From a phage: DNA of 64,000 nt. A program made the position numbers and the translations under genes. Positions 63,686-64,000 of this stretch are shown here, piece after piece. The stretch lies in the sequence record PZ091942.1. One strand, 5' to 3'. Under the pieces are notes generated by a model. It ran no database searches. It had not been told where the DNA came from and saw only the letters and a list, made by a program, of their open reading frames with translations. Each line of letters opens with the position of its first letter. The first letter of the stretch is position 1.

Positions 63686-64000
63686 TTAATCTACGAGATA
63701 CTTAAATGCATCTTCGTGACGAATGCGACCCTCTGAAAATGCCTTGGCAACCTTAGCGTTGTCTGGCGTATTGGAAGAACGAGACTTAGAAGCATCGGAC
63801 TTCACAACCTTACGTGGAGCACCAGGACGTTTAATCTTAGCCATCACCTGCTGCTTACCTTTATCAAATTGGTATGCTTTGTGCAGAGCAAGGAAGATTG
63901 ACGGACGGTTCTCTTTCAAGACTTCTTCTTCAGTAGCACCGAGATCGATTGCATATTGCATCAGATTCTGATAAACGCTGTCATCCCAATTAGGAATCTC
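63686..64000 (-). CDS. virion morphogenesis protein, 5'-truncated at window edge (scaffold or portal C-terminus?)
   Basis: Reading frame stays open upstream of track ATG 63961 to the window end; product unassigned. Confidence 0.4.
   Translation of the reverse strand, partial: EIPNWDDSVYQNLMQYAIDLGATEEEVLKENRPSIFLALHKAYQFDKGKQQVMAKIKRPGAPRKVVKSDASKSRSSNTPDNAKVAKAFSEGRIRHEDAFKYLVD

Noticed and set aside
1-64000. CRISPR arrays, rRNA genes, integrase/repressor (lysogeny) genes, transposases
   Set aside because: No spaced direct-repeat arrays, no rRNA-like sequence and no recombinase or repressor-like motifs found on either strand by eye; the collagen-like Gly-X-Y repeats are coding, not a DNA repeat array.

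Overview
The window looks like most of a lytic, tailed-phage genome (podovirus-like; no integrase or repressor seen). It has two convergent modules. Plus strand 1-39008 carries early/middle genes: many small ORFs in paralogous families, a tRNA-Arg(UCU), a T7-like replisome (gp4-like primase-helicase, a split family A DNA polymerase with separate exonuclease and polymerase genes, SSB with acidic tail, FEN), nucleotide metabolism (dCTP deaminase, ThyX-like protein with a non-canonical RHR motif, P-loop kinase, thioredoxin-like, phosphatases), PhoH, a Dps-like protein, a ProQ/FinO-like protein, two HNH endonucleases, an overlapping i-spanin/o-spanin pair and a sigma-70/ECF-like factor. Minus strand 39244-64000 carries the virion module: a partial 5' gene, major capsid with a probable -1 frameshift extension into Ig-like domains, a collagen-like protein, a repeat-containing tail fiber, a tailspike with C-terminal intramolecular chaperone, a GH24 lysozyme, a lytic transglycosylase, Q/N-rich proteins and a 1472-aa protein. 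The most unusual content is an operon at 7847-17931 combining GS-like amidoligase(s), a class II glutamine amidotransferase (apparently AUU-initiated), an ATP-grasp ligase and a gamma-glutamyl cyclotransferase, which I read as a candidate peptide/gamma-glutamyl-type modification system of unknown target. Terminase, portal and any phage RNA polymerase were not found in the window. The architecture is reminiscent, from memory only, of phiEco32-like podophages. All calls rest on reading the six-frame translations and the DNA by eye; no database search was run. Coordinates of short motifs may be off by 1-2 nt.
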